From NCBI GenBank assembly GCA_963775685.1, contig CAVZJV010000014.1:2272001-2336000 (forward strand): a stretch of 64,000 nt of DNA, read 5' to 3'. The position numbers and the translations under genes are program-made. This DNA comes from Candidatus Bathyarchaeota archaeon (lineage in GTDB: Archaea > Thermoproteota > Bathyarchaeia > Bathyarchaeales > Bathycorpusculaceae). The notes beneath the pieces were generated by a model. That model did no database searches. It worked only from the letters and a program-made list of their open reading frames with translations, and had not been told where the DNA came from. Positions within the stretch are counted from its first letter, which is position 1. The number at the start of each line of letters is the position of its first letter. This document shows positions 1-10,494 of this stretch, one piece after another.

Positions 1-826
1 ACCGATGCCATCGTAAACTGGTTCTACGGACACAACGTTTTAGGCCTTTGGTTCACGCCTTTTGGGTTAGCTCTTTGGTACTACTTTATTCCCAAAATCT
101 CCAAACGCGCCCTGTACAGTGTCACCCTATCTCTAATCAGCTTCTTCGCCTTAGCCTTTTTCTACACCGGCGTCGGCGGACACCACCTTCTCCAATCCTC
201 CATCCCTGAATGGCTCAAAACAATCGCCGTCGCCACCAGCGGACTCATGATGATCTCCGTTTTAACCTTCGCCACAAACATCGGCATGACCCTCAGAGGT
301 GCATGGAAAGAAATCATGAGCAACGTGCCGTTGCGCTTCATAGTTTTCGGCTTCATATGCTATATATTCGTCTCGATACAGGGCACCTTCCAAGCCCTCA
401 GAGACATGAACATATACCTTCACTACTCACAGTGGACAGTCATGCACTCTCACCTTGCCCTGTACGCTTCCTTCGGAGTGACAATAATGGGCATAATGTT
501 CTGGGCAATTCCCAGAGTCACCCAAAAACAACTCTGGAGCAAAAAACTAATGGACGTGACTTGGTGGGTTACACTTTTGGGATTCGTGATTTTCATGTTG
601 GGCATGATGCTAGGCAGGGCTAGTTGCCAACGCCAACTGGTTCACTCATCAAACAATAGCTCAAGCACTTCCAACTCTAGAACCATACTTCATAGTCCGA
701 GCTATCGGCGGAGGCATAGTGGTTGTTTCCGCTTTCCTCTTCGCCATCAACATCATCATGACCGTAATTTCAAAACACCGGGCATCCGCTGTCCCGATGG
801 ATGAAGACAAAATCGAGGTACCTTAG
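1..826 (+). CDS. ccoN: cbb3-type cytochrome c oxidase subunit I (C-family heme-copper oxidase), 5'-truncated by window, +1 frameshift near 613
   Basis: Frame 1 reads DAIVNWFYGHNVLGLWFTP (helix VI His), FYTGVGGHH (helix VII Tyr and His pair) and HSHL (helix X). After an extra G near 613 it continues AGLVANANW...EVP to TAG at 824-826. Confidence 0.88.
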
Positions 827-828
827 CC

Positions 829-2418
829 ATGACCGCGACAGAAAAGAAACTTGAAGAGCAACTGGAAAAAGTTGAGAAAACCGTCAATTACCAAATGCGA
901 AAAGCGAAGAAGAAAATTGTTATCAGAAACCTATTTCCAATCGTAGCCGGCGGCGTAGCAGTCTTTCTGCTCATGGTAAGTATGGTTGTAGTTGCTCCAT
1001 ACATGTTCCTCCTTGATGTTCCCCCCTCCGACACAGCCCACACCTACACAACCCAAGAACAGGAAGGCAGAACGCTATTCATGAATTTAGGCTGCTTCTA
1101 CTGCCACTCCCAACAGGTTCGTGCCGCCGACTGGGGTTTGGGTAACGTTTCGCAGGAAGGCGATTACGTATACGATAGTCCCAACGCTTTAGGCACCGAA
1201 CGTACGGGCCCCGATCTGGCTCAGATTGGGGGGATGCGACCTACAATTTGGCATCACCTGCACGACCGAGATCCCAGAAGCGTAAGCCCCGGCTCAATCA
1301 TGCCCAACTTTGTTTTCCTAAGTGACGCGCAAATCGACGCCTTAACCGCTTACATCCAGAATTTGGGTCAAGAAAACCTCCAAGTTGAATCCTCAATCAC
1401 CAACGGCTCTGCATATCACCCTGTGGTTCCGGAAAACTATCTTAACGCCTCAAACCAATATGGGCCCCTTTACTTTGATGTCTTGGCACAGTACGACGCA
1501 GACAACGACGTCTACAATGGACCAGCTTCGCTTGGAGACCAATGGGCTGCGATATACGACGTCGCCAAAGCCGACTACACCGCACGTTGCCTGCCATGCC
1601 ATGGATGCTCTGGAAACGCTCAGGGACCATACGCCCGCCATGTGGTTACTCAACCGGCAAACCTCCATGAACGAATAGCCACCTTTCCCGGCGACAACTA
1701 TCATATCTGGCGCGTGACTGAAGGAGTGCCTGGAACAGCTATGCCTGCATGGGGGCTAAGTCTCAATGATACGCAAATTCAGATGATTGCCGTTTACGAG
1801 ATGAGTTTCGTTTTTGGCTCCGCAAGAACCTTCGACGGAGCACTCTCTGATGCTGAAGGAGACGCTTTTGCTCAGTCAACGCTTAATTCACCTCCGATTG
1901 CTGGCACGCAGCAGGAATTTCAGAATGGCAATGACCTCTTTAACTTGTATTGTGCCCAATGCCACGGTGTCGATGGACAAGGAGACGGATCCGCCTCTGG
2001 CAAAGTCGCAGGTGGATACATAGTGCCTGTTCCAGCTAACTTTACTGAGTCAGGAAGTGACTTTCAAATGTATGGTAGATACGTCTGGAAAGTCAAAGAA
2101 GGCGTAGAAACAACTAACATGCCGCCTTGGAAAAATGCTTTAACAGACAACGAAATCTACCAGCTTGTATTCTACATACAAAGCTTCGCAACACCACAAG
2201 ACTACAACGCCAAATGGGGACCCCAATATAGCGACCCCTACGCAAGAAACCTGAAAATCAACCAAGCCAGCATAGGTGCCGACCCAGCTGCCGCCCTGAC
2301 ATTGTTAGCCGCCATCGTGCTTTGGGACAAAAAGTTTAACGGACAAAAACTTCGCTTCCAAAATGGGCGACATAAAAAATTAGTAGATTTAATCAGTTTT
2401 GGGAGGATTAAGCTTTGA
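829..2418 (+). CDS. ccoO: CcoO-type cytochrome c fused to two further cytochrome c domains (triheme)
   Basis: N-terminal TM; GCFYCHSQQVR and GTERTGPDL...SIMP (CcoO signature); then CLPCH...AMPAW and CAQCH...NMPPW. Confidence 0.85.
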   Translation: MTATEKKLEEQLEKVEKTVNYQMRKAKKKIVIRNLFPIVAGGVAVFLLMVSMVVVAPYMFLLDVPPSDTAHTYTTQEQEGRTLFMNLGCFYCHSQQVRAADWGLGNVSQEGDYVYDSPNALGTERTGPDLAQIGGMRPTIWHHLHDRDPRSVSPGSIMPNFVFLSDAQIDALTAYIQNLGQENLQVESSITNGSAYHPVVPENYLNASNQYGPLYFDVLAQYDADNDVYNGPASLGDQWAAIYDVAKADYTARCLPCHGCSGNAQGPYARHVVTQPANLHERIATFPGDNYHIWRVTEGVPGTAMPAWGLSLNDTQIQMIAVYEMSFVFGSARTFDGALSDAEGDAFAQSTLNSPPIAGTQQEFQNGNDLFNLYCAQCHGVDGQGDGSASGKVAGGYIVPVPANFTESGSDFQMYGRYVWKVKEGVETTNMPPWKNALTDNEIYQLVFYIQSFATPQDYNAKWGPQYSDPYARNLKINQASIGADPAAALTLLAAIVLWDKKFNGQKLRFQNGRHKKLVDLISFGRIKL

Positions 2419-2567
2419 ATTTCGACATGCTAATCTACACCATCGGTGCGCTAATTATAACTCTAATCACCGCGGGCTTCGTAGTTTGGGCTTTTAAAAC
2501 TAAGCAATTCGAGTCAAACGATTTTCTCCGTTACTACCCTCTTGAGGAGGATGAAAACCAACAATGA
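2415..2567 (+). CDS. ccoS: CcoS/FixS-like cbb3 oxidase maturation protein (50 aa, not in ORF track)
   Basis: TTG start after GGAGG. One TM helix then FVVWAFKTKQFE, resembling the FixS WA-x-K-x-x-QF motif. Overlaps both neighbours by 4 nt. Confidence 0.65.
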   Translation: MNFDMLIYTIGALIITLITAGFVVWAFKTKQFESNDFLRYYPLEEDENQQ

Positions 2568-2848
2568 GCTATCTACCAACCGCAAAAATCGTAGAGTTAG
2601 CCCCCTACGACATTTATTTAGCCCTGTTTCTAATAGCAGCGGTAATAATCGCCATTGTGTTGATTGTCAGAAGTTCAGATGAATACTCTGTTGAGAAAAC
2701 CGAGAAAAACTCTGAAGAATTCGCAGGTGAAATACGGGACTCTCAGGGGCCAGTTACAAAATGGTTGTGGGTTGTCTATATTGTTCTGATTATTTGGGCT
2801 GTTGCTTATTTGGCTCAGCACTGGAGCGAGTTCGCTTTTTTCCCATAA
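2564..2848 (+). CDS. Membrane protein resembling the N-terminal domain of CcoP/FixP
   Basis: EEFAGEIRDSQGPVTKWLWVVYIVLIIWAVAYL resembles the CcoP N-terminal DGIxEYDNPLPxWW...Y segment. No CxxCH. Last gene of the operon. Confidence 0.55.
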   Translation: MSYLPTAKIVELAPYDIYLALFLIAAVIIAIVLIVRSSDEYSVEKTEKNSEEFAGEIRDSQGPVTKWLWVVYIVLIIWAVAYLAQHWSEFAFFP

Positions 2849-3196
2849 TTTTTAACTTCATAATTATTTTTGGTTTTTCTTTTTGCAATAAGAACGGGGT
2901 CCTTAGAATACAAGGCGATTTTCTCGCTCTTGCTTCGTATGTCAAAATTTTAGCCCGGTTACCAATAATTATTAAATCAAACTTCTTTCTTTAGTCAGAT
3001 TCAATATAGCAGATATAGGAAAAAAGATGTAGATGTGAGTAATACCTCAAAACTAACCATCTGCTTATAGGACGTAAAAGAAGCCTGTCTTAGCTGAAAA
3101 GTACATTTACAGCATATAATCTTTAGTTAGTGGCTTTTCTAAAAATTCAAATACGCAAACAACACTAAATTTATAGTCAATCGGCGGTATGAATAG

Positions 3197-3439
3197 ATGA
3201 AGTTCTTAAAAGATAATTTCAACAAATTGCTTAAGCAATTTAAAGCATTAAGCGTTGAGAAATTGGAAATAGAAAATGAGATTCTCAAGTTGTATGAGTC
3301 TTCAACTACTGACAACGTTGTAACAATAACTTCTGATAAATTAAAGAAAATAGAAGCCTTGAGGGAAAGATTGAAAATCGTAAGCAAAGAGATGAAGAAA
3401 ACAGATAAGAAGATTTTTAAATTATTCAAAGACAAATAG
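3197..3439 (+). CDS. hypothetical coiled-coil protein
   Basis: 80-aa K/E-rich ORF in AT-rich DNA. Confidence 0.35.
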   Translation: MKFLKDNFNKLLKQFKALSVEKLEIENEILKLYESSTTDNVVTITSDKLKKIEALRERLKIVSKEMKKTDKKIFKLFKDK

Positions 3440-3647
3440 CTATTATTAATGTGTTTGTACTTTTTTCTGGGATGTTTATTGGTTCCAAATATACTTACAA
3501 AATAATTTTAAGTAGAAAAAGTTAGTGTCATAAGCATCAGTGTTTAGTGTATTAATTAATTTTAAAGTTTGTTATTAACATAACCGTAGGTGTATTTACT
3601 ATGTTTATTGTATCTGCCTTAAATAGGGTAATTAACATATATAGAGT

Positions 3648-3956
3648 GTGAATCACATGGTAGATTCGAATAACTCCAAAAAGAAGTTAGTAGTTAAAGC
3701 TACGCCAGTAGAGGAAGTTCCAGAGGGCAAAAAGATAGCTAGAAGACCAGAGTATGATGAAGTATTCAAAAAGATTATGGAAAACCCCGAGAAGATTTTC
3801 AAGATTGAGGTGGAGGGCAGAACTGTAAAAACGTTGTATGCTCCATTTGCTTCTAGAGTAAAAAGATACAATAAACAATCTGAAAGAAAATTCAATGCAC
3901 AGCTTAAAGTAAGAAGCAAAGAAATCTACATTGTCAAAGTAGACAAGTCAAACTAG
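3648..3956 (+). CDS. small basic hypothetical protein
   Basis: 102-aa ORF preceded by TATA-like CTTAAATA; protein-like composition. Confidence 0.5.
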   Translation: MNHMVDSNNSKKKLVVKATPVEEVPEGKKIARRPEYDEVFKKIMENPEKIFKIEVEGRTVKTLYAPFASRVKRYNKQSERKFNAQLKVRSKEIYIVKVDKSN

Positions 3957-4543
3957 GATACAGCAGGACATTCTTTTGTTCAGTATTTTCTTTCTGATTA
4001 ATCTTAAAAGGTTTTTTTACGCTCCCTGAAATTGTTTTAATGGTCTTTAAATCTGAAATTGACCAGTCTGGGTCCCAAACTTTAAAGAAGAAATTAGAAT
4101 GAAAATCAAAGGTTATAGATTTCCATGTTGAGGTATGTGGAGATAATAAAGTTGTTTGTAGCATCCAAGTTTTTCTTTAGAAAGAGTGGGGAGGTATATT
4201 ATGCTATAGCTAGGCATTATGGAGCCGATAAGAAGTTCTACTATCATCAACAAAGCGTTGAATATACCAATAGAAAACTTATAGCGCTAGGTATTATTGA
4301 CCCTTGTCAAGCATTTAATAATAAATCCCTTGCTCAGACTGTAATAGAATCAGGTTCTAAAATAGATACAATGGCGGGCGGGGATAGCTATGAGCCCTCG
4401 TTTGAACCCTCGGGTCGTAATGGCAGTAGAGACTGCACACAGCTTTTGGTTGAAGTGGCAAAATAGAAATAGCTTTGGAGCTAGCGTTCGCCCAAATATC
4501 GGGCGCAGTAGAGATAGACTTATACTAAAAAACTATCGCAAAC

Positions 4544-6940
4544 TCATTTGTAGGTCAATTTACCGTTTAGCTCCTTGGGGGGGGGCAAACGAACTGTGAA
4601 AGTGGTGCCTTTGCCTTCTTGGCTCGTGAAGGAAACGGTGCCACCCGAGGATTCTGTCATCCTTTTAACAACCGGCAAACCAAAGCCTTGACCTTTGGAC
4701 TTTGTTGTAAACATGAGCGTAAACATTTTATCCTGAATTTCCCGCGGAATTCCAACGCCCGTATCCCTAACCGATAAAACGGTGTCGTCAACTTCTTTAT
4801 GTGCATCTATCGTTAACTTGCCTCCGTCAGGCATTGCCTGAACAGCATTAGTAACTAAGTTAAACAAGATTCGGTTCAAGTAGTATGAGTCAGCTTTAAT
4901 CCTTCTTGCTTCATCTGCTATTTTTACCTTAACCGTAATATTTTTGGGCAAACCGTTTTTTGCAATGAATGCTTCAACGATGGACTTCAAATCGCTTTCT
5001 TCAATCTTTGGGTTAAGAGGTCGAGCATAATCCTGAAGGTCCTGAACAATTTTGTTAATGTAATCGATATTTTTCTCGATTTCATCCATACTCTCCAAGG
5101 CATTCTTCTTCTCTTCACTATCGGGTATGGAAGCTAACTCTGTTTTAGCTAAGAACACATCGCTGGTTATGGCTTGCAATGGGTTTCGAATATCATGCCC
5201 CACCATACCTGCAGTAGCGCCGATAGCGGCCAAACGCTCTGAATCTTTGAGCTTATTTGCTCTCTGTTCTGCAAGCTCCTCCAATTGACTGGAGTATTCC
5301 TCAAGTTCTACAGCATTTTCTTCAAGCTTTCTTTGGGTATTCTCTAATTCCTCTGTTTTGTGTTTCAGATCCAATTCAGCTGTCTTACGCTCAGTAATAT
5401 CTACTGATAAAATAAAAATGCCTTCAGGAACAGGTGTTATCCTTAGGTCATACCATCCAGAGGTTTTGTCGGGAAAAACGAAAAAGTTCTCCATTTCTTG
5501 AGGAATTCTCTCCTCCATACAGCACTTCAATTTGACAAAGCCTTCGGTGAATTCAACGCCTGGCCACATTTCCATATACCGATTTCCCAATAGTTCTTTG
5601 TTTGATTTGCGGTTCTGAATTTCAGCCGCCTTATTGATGTAAATATACCGCCAATCATGACCAATTATTTGACCGCCTTCAATCATGCTGTCTAATGTGC
5701 TGTGGAACCGCGCTTCACTTTCTCTTAATGCTTCTTCGGCTTTCTTGCGCGCTGTTATGTCCTCAAAAATTGAGACAAAATAGCCCTTTCTTGGACAGTA
5801 TGCTGAAACCGAGTACCATCGGTCTAGTTGTGCAGCGTAATTCTCGAAAATCAAGGGTTGACCTGTAATCGCGACCTTCCCATACACTCCTATCCAGTCA
5901 GCAGGGTCTTTCTCTATTCCAGGCAAGATTTCCGTTACTCTTTTTCCAATGACATCTTTTCGTTCTATTCCAGTCATTTTCTCGAATGCATCATTGACGG
6001 CGATGTAGACGTAGTCTACCGGTTGCCCTTCTTTGACCAAGATTTTATGGTAAGAAAAGCCGTCGAACATACTTGAAAACAAGTTTTCCAGCTGTCGACT
6101 GTCATTGCGGAACGCCTCAGCCCAATTAGATGAAACCCCTAGTTCAGAACTTGAATATAAACTAGCTCGGGGGCGAGCCATCAAGATAGCCACCAAGAAA
6201 TAGACGCCTGCGAGCCAATACGACACTCTGGTAGCCCAGTTATATGGGCCGTTGGGTGTTTTGTAAGTTGCCAAGCCTACAAGAGATATTGCGAGAAGTG
6301 CCAATGCCAACGCATACCAGAAAACAACTTTAGATTTTGAAAGCCTGTATTGCCAACTTAGAAGGATACTGCTAACTGCGCTCAATGCTCCAGCTCCAAC
6401 GATAATCCTTTGCCGAATAGCAGTGGGACCTGATACTGCAAAAAATGTGGGTGCGAAACCGCCAAGAACTAGAACAGCTGATATAATAACAAGCGCTGTA
6501 ACTGCAACATAGCCTAAGAATAAGAGATGTTTGCGACGGCTTTGCGAGCTAGGGACAGCACCGGCCACGATTAGTACAGCGCTCAATAGCTGAAAACCGC
6601 CAGAAAAGAGAAAGCCAAGGTTGAAGAGGGCTACATTATCATTTACGGATATTGAAGCTGCAAACCCTGCGACTGAAGCTAACACTCCTCCCACTGCAGT
6701 TGCCATTCCTAAAAACAGCAAACTCAAGTCTCCTTCAGAATGGTAACTCCATGCAGAGAGGATAGCGACAATTAGACCTGAAACCGTCAAGAACAGAGTG
6801 TTAAGTGCGAACAGGAGGTTGGGTGATGGATAAACCGTCACCTCACCTATGTTAAGCAGTGCCATTATCAGGTAGAGAACCACGAGACCGATTGGTGGGA
6901 TTAATGCCACTTTTTGTAAAGATAGCTTGAGCGGTCCCAT
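4544..6940 (-). CDS. membrane-bound PAS-domain sensor histidine kinase
   Basis: About 7-8 TM N-terminus, two PAS/PAC segments (DITARK, DITERK), H-box GHDIRNPL, N/G1/F/G2 boxes (NAVQAM, DTGVG, FTTK, GQGFGL). Confidence 0.92.
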   Translation of the reverse strand: MGPLKLSLQKVALIPPIGLVVLYLIMALLNIGEVTVYPSPNLLFALNTLFLTVSGLIVAILSAWSYHSEGDLSLLFLGMATAVGGVLASVAGFAASISVNDNVALFNLGFLFSGGFQLLSAVLIVAGAVPSSQSRRKHLLFLGYVAVTALVIISAVLVLGGFAPTFFAVSGPTAIRQRIIVGAGALSAVSSILLSWQYRLSKSKVVFWYALALALLAISLVGLATYKTPNGPYNWATRVSYWLAGVYFLVAILMARPRASLYSSSELGVSSNWAEAFRNDSRQLENLFSSMFDGFSYHKILVKEGQPVDYVYIAVNDAFEKMTGIERKDVIGKRVTEILPGIEKDPADWIGVYGKVAITGQPLIFENYAAQLDRWYSVSAYCPRKGYFVSIFEDITARKKAEEALRESEARFHSTLDSMIEGGQIIGHDWRYIYINKAAEIQNRKSNKELLGNRYMEMWPGVEFTEGFVKLKCCMEERIPQEMENFFVFPDKTSGWYDLRITPVPEGIFILSVDITERKTAELDLKHKTEELENTQRKLEENAVELEEYSSQLEELAEQRANKLKDSERLAAIGATAGMVGHDIRNPLQAITSDVFLAKTELASIPDSEEKKNALESMDEIEKNIDYINKIVQDLQDYARPLNPKIEESDLKSIVEAFIAKNGLPKNITVKVKIADEARRIKADSYYLNRILFNLVTNAVQAMPDGGKLTIDAHKEVDDTVLSVRDTGVGIPREIQDKMFTLMFTTKSKGQGFGLPVVKRMTESSGGTVSFTSQEGKGTTFTVRLPPPKELNGKLTYK

Positions 6941-7188
6941 TTTATTATTAATCCTTCGTTTTAACTACATATAACTTTCGCGAAAGATTAAAACAAAGTC
7001 TAGTGCACTTGCTCATTAATCTTGGAAGAGCATGAACTCAACTTGAAAGCTCCGATAGTTTCACTAACACTGGGTAATTTTGCATGCTAACCCCGAGCGT
7101 TCAAACGCTAAATTGAAATATAAGCACTAAAATGAGTTAAAAAAGCAGTTCTTCTTATAGAAATCATTTATTTGCCAAAATAAGCTCT

Positions 7189-7209
7189 TGGCGGGCGGGG
7201 AGAGATTTG
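7189..7209 (-). repeat. copy of tRNA-Arg 3' end (att-like direct repeat)
   Basis: tggcgggcggggagagatttg matches 13008-13028 tggcgggcggggagggatttg at 20/21. Confidence 0.75.
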
Positions 7210-7265
7210 GTCCTGCGCCCTAAAAGGTATTTCACTCGCAAACCCCTTTTTTTATTTGCTTTTTT

Positions 7266-7304
7266 TCTTTTCTCCTATTTCGGTTCCGGAGCCTCAGCAA
7301 ACCC
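7266..7304 (+). repeat. 39-bp direct repeat (3' half of the conserved structured element)
   Basis: tcttttctcctatttcggttccggagcctcagcaaaccc is identical to 10290-10328. Confidence 0.9.
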
Positions 7305-7496
7305 ACATCAAACAGAAAAATAATAAGTACCATTTCCACCGCATAAAAAACTTTTTGCCACCTCAACTGATTAGGTTTTTTCGCTTTTTGTCGTCAGTGC
7401 CAACTTGTCACTTAGTTTATATACTATATTCTCGTAAAGTCAATAAAGTTGACTAAAACAAATCTCAAAACAATTTGTTTGGGTCAATTAAAATAA

Positions 7497-10163
7497 ATGG
7501 AGAAAAAAGAAAAAATGCATTTTAAGAAAATATTATCTACTTTGATTTTAGTAGTATTCTTAGTTTCAACAATTGCGGTAATATCTATACAACCAGCAAC
7601 AGCACAAGCGACACAGAAAACCTATCCAATTGTCGATGCAATTCCTAACCCTGTCGGTGTTGGCCAGGAGACACTACTTAAATGTGGTATCTCAGAGGCT
7701 GCACCATCAGCATCTTATGGCTGGAGTGGAATCACCATTACCGTCACAAAACCAGACGGAACAACCGAGACTCTTGGTCCATTCACAACTGATGCTACAG
7801 GCTCAACCTACACCACATATGTACCAACCCAAATAGGAAACTACACCATAACAACAAACTTCCCTAACAACACATATCCAATAACAACCTTAGTATCTGG
7901 AAGAATTGTACCAACACAACAAGGCACTATACTTCTAGCAAGCTCCATATCAACGACATTGGAAGTAGTCGAATCCGTAGATATACAATTCTATCCTGGT
8001 CATGCCTTACCAACTGAGTATTGGAGTCGACCAATCGACCCAGCGCTCAGGGAATGGTATTCAATCTCAGGTAATTGGGTAGAACGACCATTCAACTCGT
8101 TTATAGAGTACCAAGGTGGCGCTCCTGAGACTCCCCACGTCCTATGGAATACCCCGTATGAGCAAGGCGGCATATCAGGCGGTTTGTACGATGGCGAAAA
8201 CAATGTAATTGGAGATATGTATGGGGGCGACGCTTACGAAGGTAGATTCGCAAACTCGGTCATTATCAACGGAGTACTATACTACAACACCCAAGGAAAC
8301 GGTTTATACGCGCAAGTTAGCATACCTGGAATTCAAGCAATGGATCTGCATACAGGTGAAAAACTTTGGTTCTTAAACAATACATTTCTGTCATTTGGTC
8401 AGACGATGTTTTTCCCAAACTACAACGTTAACGGTGTATGGAACTACCTCTGGTCAGTAACTGGCAACAACTACACAGCATACAGTACAAATGATGGCTC
8501 ATTCCAGTTCATGTTCCATAATGTACCCTCTGGCACAAGAATCTGGGGTCCAAACGGAGAAATCCTCATCTACCAAATCGATTATGCACACGGTTGGATG
8601 GCGCTCTGGAACTCAACATTAGCAGGTCAACAAAACGACGTTATCAACACACCATCCTATGGTAGCTGGTCCTTTGGTGCCTTAGGAATGGATGCAAACG
8701 GTAAAGGCTCACGCGACGTAGGCGGTCCTACAAACCCAATTAACGCAATAGGTCAGCAGATAAATTCAGACTTCCCAGTGACAAGATACCTAGATGGTTC
8801 AATAGACAAATGTTACACATGGAACGTAACCATACCCACAGGCTTAAGCGCAAACTATGTTAGAGCCTACCAAGGCGACAGAATCGTCGGTATGGCCTAC
8901 AACGATTCAATGGTACGCGTCTGGGGATTACCAATTGATGGGATAACTACCACACGCAACGCATCCATAAACACACAATCAATCTCAAAACTATTCGACA
9001 AGACTTGGACTCCCCCATCTGAATGGCTCGCAGGATCAAACATACTATACTACACTGGTGCATCAAACTATGTCACAGACGATACTTATGGCGACGGTGT
9101 CATTGCAGTTTTTGATAAAGAATTAACAACCCACTACGGCTTCAGCCTTGTCGACGGATCATACCTCTGGGCAACTGCACCTGAAAACTACCTTGACCTT
9201 TACGGTTCGGGTGCTGGTGAGCACACCTGGTACTTTGCTTACGGCAAACTCTACTCAGTCGGTTTAGCAGGTATTATGTATGCATACAACCTCCAAACTG
9301 GCCAAATTGACTGGACCTACGCACTAAAAGATCCCTACACTGAGCCAGTCACCGGTGAGAACTGGTGGGGCTGGATTGACTTAATTATAGAAGGCAAAAT
9401 CTACATTGGCACTCTCGAGCACTCTGCAAACAGTCCAATGCCAAGGGGTGGACCTTATGCTTGTGTTAACGCGACTGACGGTAGTGAAATTTTCCGTATT
9501 AATGGTTTAATGCGTGAGACTCGTTGGGGTGGTAACCCAGTTATGGGTGACAGCATCATCGCAGGCTACGATACATACGACCTACAAATCTACGCAATGG
9601 GCAAAGGCCCAAGCAAAATCACTGTAGCAGCGCCAAACCTTGGAGCCGCATTAGGGCAAAGCGTACTATTATCAGGTAGAGTAACCGACGTTTCACCAGG
9701 AACAACTGACCCACGCATTGTGCTACGGCTCCCTAATGGTGTAGCTGCAGTTTCAGATGATAGTCAAAGCCAATACATGCTCTATGTCTACAAGCAATAC
9801 GAGATGCCAACCAATACAACCGGTGTTACAGTTACAATCTCAGTGATTGATGCAAACGGAAACTTCCGTGAAATTGGAACAACCACAAGTGACTCCTCAG
9901 GTAGCTACAGCTTAAGCTGGATTCCAGACATTCCAGGTAAATACACAGTCATCGCGACCTTCGCAGGCTCTAAAGCATACTATGGATCATACGACCAAAC
10001 AGCTTTCGTCGTTGACCCAGCACCAGACGTAACAGCAACACCAACAATCACCACATCATCGATAGCTGATCAATACCTTCTGCCAGGAATAGTTGGCATA
10101 ATCGTTACGATAGTCATTGTCGGCATCGTACTTGCACTGCTAATGCTAAGAAAACGACCATAA
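7497..10163 (+). CDS. secreted, C-terminally anchored PQQ-like beta-propeller surface protein (paralog 1)
   Basis: Signal peptide, PNPVGVGQ, LPTEYWSRPI, AMDLHTGEKLW-type repeats, Ig-like C-terminal domain (IATFAGS), TM helix and LRKRP tail. Confidence 0.85.
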   Translation: MEKKEKMHFKKILSTLILVVFLVSTIAVISIQPATAQATQKTYPIVDAIPNPVGVGQETLLKCGISEAAPSASYGWSGITITVTKPDGTTETLGPFTTDATGSTYTTYVPTQIGNYTITTNFPNNTYPITTLVSGRIVPTQQGTILLASSISTTLEVVESVDIQFYPGHALPTEYWSRPIDPALREWYSISGNWVERPFNSFIEYQGGAPETPHVLWNTPYEQGGISGGLYDGENNVIGDMYGGDAYEGRFANSVIINGVLYYNTQGNGLYAQVSIPGIQAMDLHTGEKLWFLNNTFLSFGQTMFFPNYNVNGVWNYLWSVTGNNYTAYSTNDGSFQFMFHNVPSGTRIWGPNGEILIYQIDYAHGWMALWNSTLAGQQNDVINTPSYGSWSFGALGMDANGKGSRDVGGPTNPINAIGQQINSDFPVTRYLDGSIDKCYTWNVTIPTGLSANYVRAYQGDRIVGMAYNDSMVRVWGLPIDGITTTRNASINTQSISKLFDKTWTPPSEWLAGSNILYYTGASNYVTDDTYGDGVIAVFDKELTTHYGFSLVDGSYLWATAPENYLDLYGSGAGEHTWYFAYGKLYSVGLAGIMYAYNLQTGQIDWTYALKDPYTEPVTGENWWGWIDLIIEGKIYIGTLEHSANSPMPRGGPYACVNATDGSEIFRINGLMRETRWGGNPVMGDSIIAGYDTYDLQIYAMGKGPSKITVAAPNLGAALGQSVLLSGRVTDVSPGTTDPRIVLRLPNGVAAVSDDSQSQYMLYVYKQYEMPTNTTGVTVTISVIDANGNFREIGTTTSDSSGSYSLSWIPDIPGKYTVIATFAGSKAYYGSYDQTAFVVDPAPDVTATPTITTSSIADQYLLPGIVGIIVTIVIVGIVLALLMLRKRP

Positions 10164-10183
10164 AAAATCTCAAACAAAAACAA

Positions 10184-10208
10184 ACTTTCTCCTTTTTTAG
10201 TTTTTTTT
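10184..10208 (+). terminator. oligo-T archaeal terminator after paralog 1
   Basis: ctttctccttttttagtttttttt; similar cctttttag tracts follow paralogs 2 and 4. Confidence 0.5.
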
Positions 10209-10222
10209 GGAAAATCAATTGA

Positions 10223-10328
10223 GGCTGAGTAAGCTCTGAATAAATCTAACTATTGAAGCTGCAATCAAAAAGAGGTTTATGCATTTTCCTCTTTTCTCCT
10301 ATTTCGGTTCCGGAGCCTCAGCAAACCC
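10223..10328. ncRNA. conserved structured element, copy A
   Basis: GGCTGAG-3nt-GCTCTG...AGAGG[TTTATGCATTTT]CCTCT...CGGAGCCTCAGCAAACCC; homologous to 28193-28288 and 40642-40739. Confidence 0.6.
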
Positions 10329-10494
10329 TGATTTTCTCTTAATTCGCTGCGGTAGAGGTTTGCCCACAGTGTACGCTGTATCATTTTTGTGCAGAAACTT
10401 TCCGGGAAATTTTCAGGCGCGCCCATACGTTCGAGCCAAGCGGGTCCATGGATTTAACATTTTCTGCCTAATTGGATTTTCGAGGAACGTATTT

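Noticed and set aside
1-826. Nitric oxide reductase NorB
   Set aside because: Lacks HLWVEG; has the cbb3-type GHN and helix VII Tyr.
10223-10328. Canonical integron attC, c-di-GMP riboswitch or H/ACA RNA identity for the conserved element
   Set aside because: RYYYAAC/GTTRRRY boxes are not conserved in all copies, no IntI is in the window, and there is no consistent GNRA/receptor, K-turn or ACA box.
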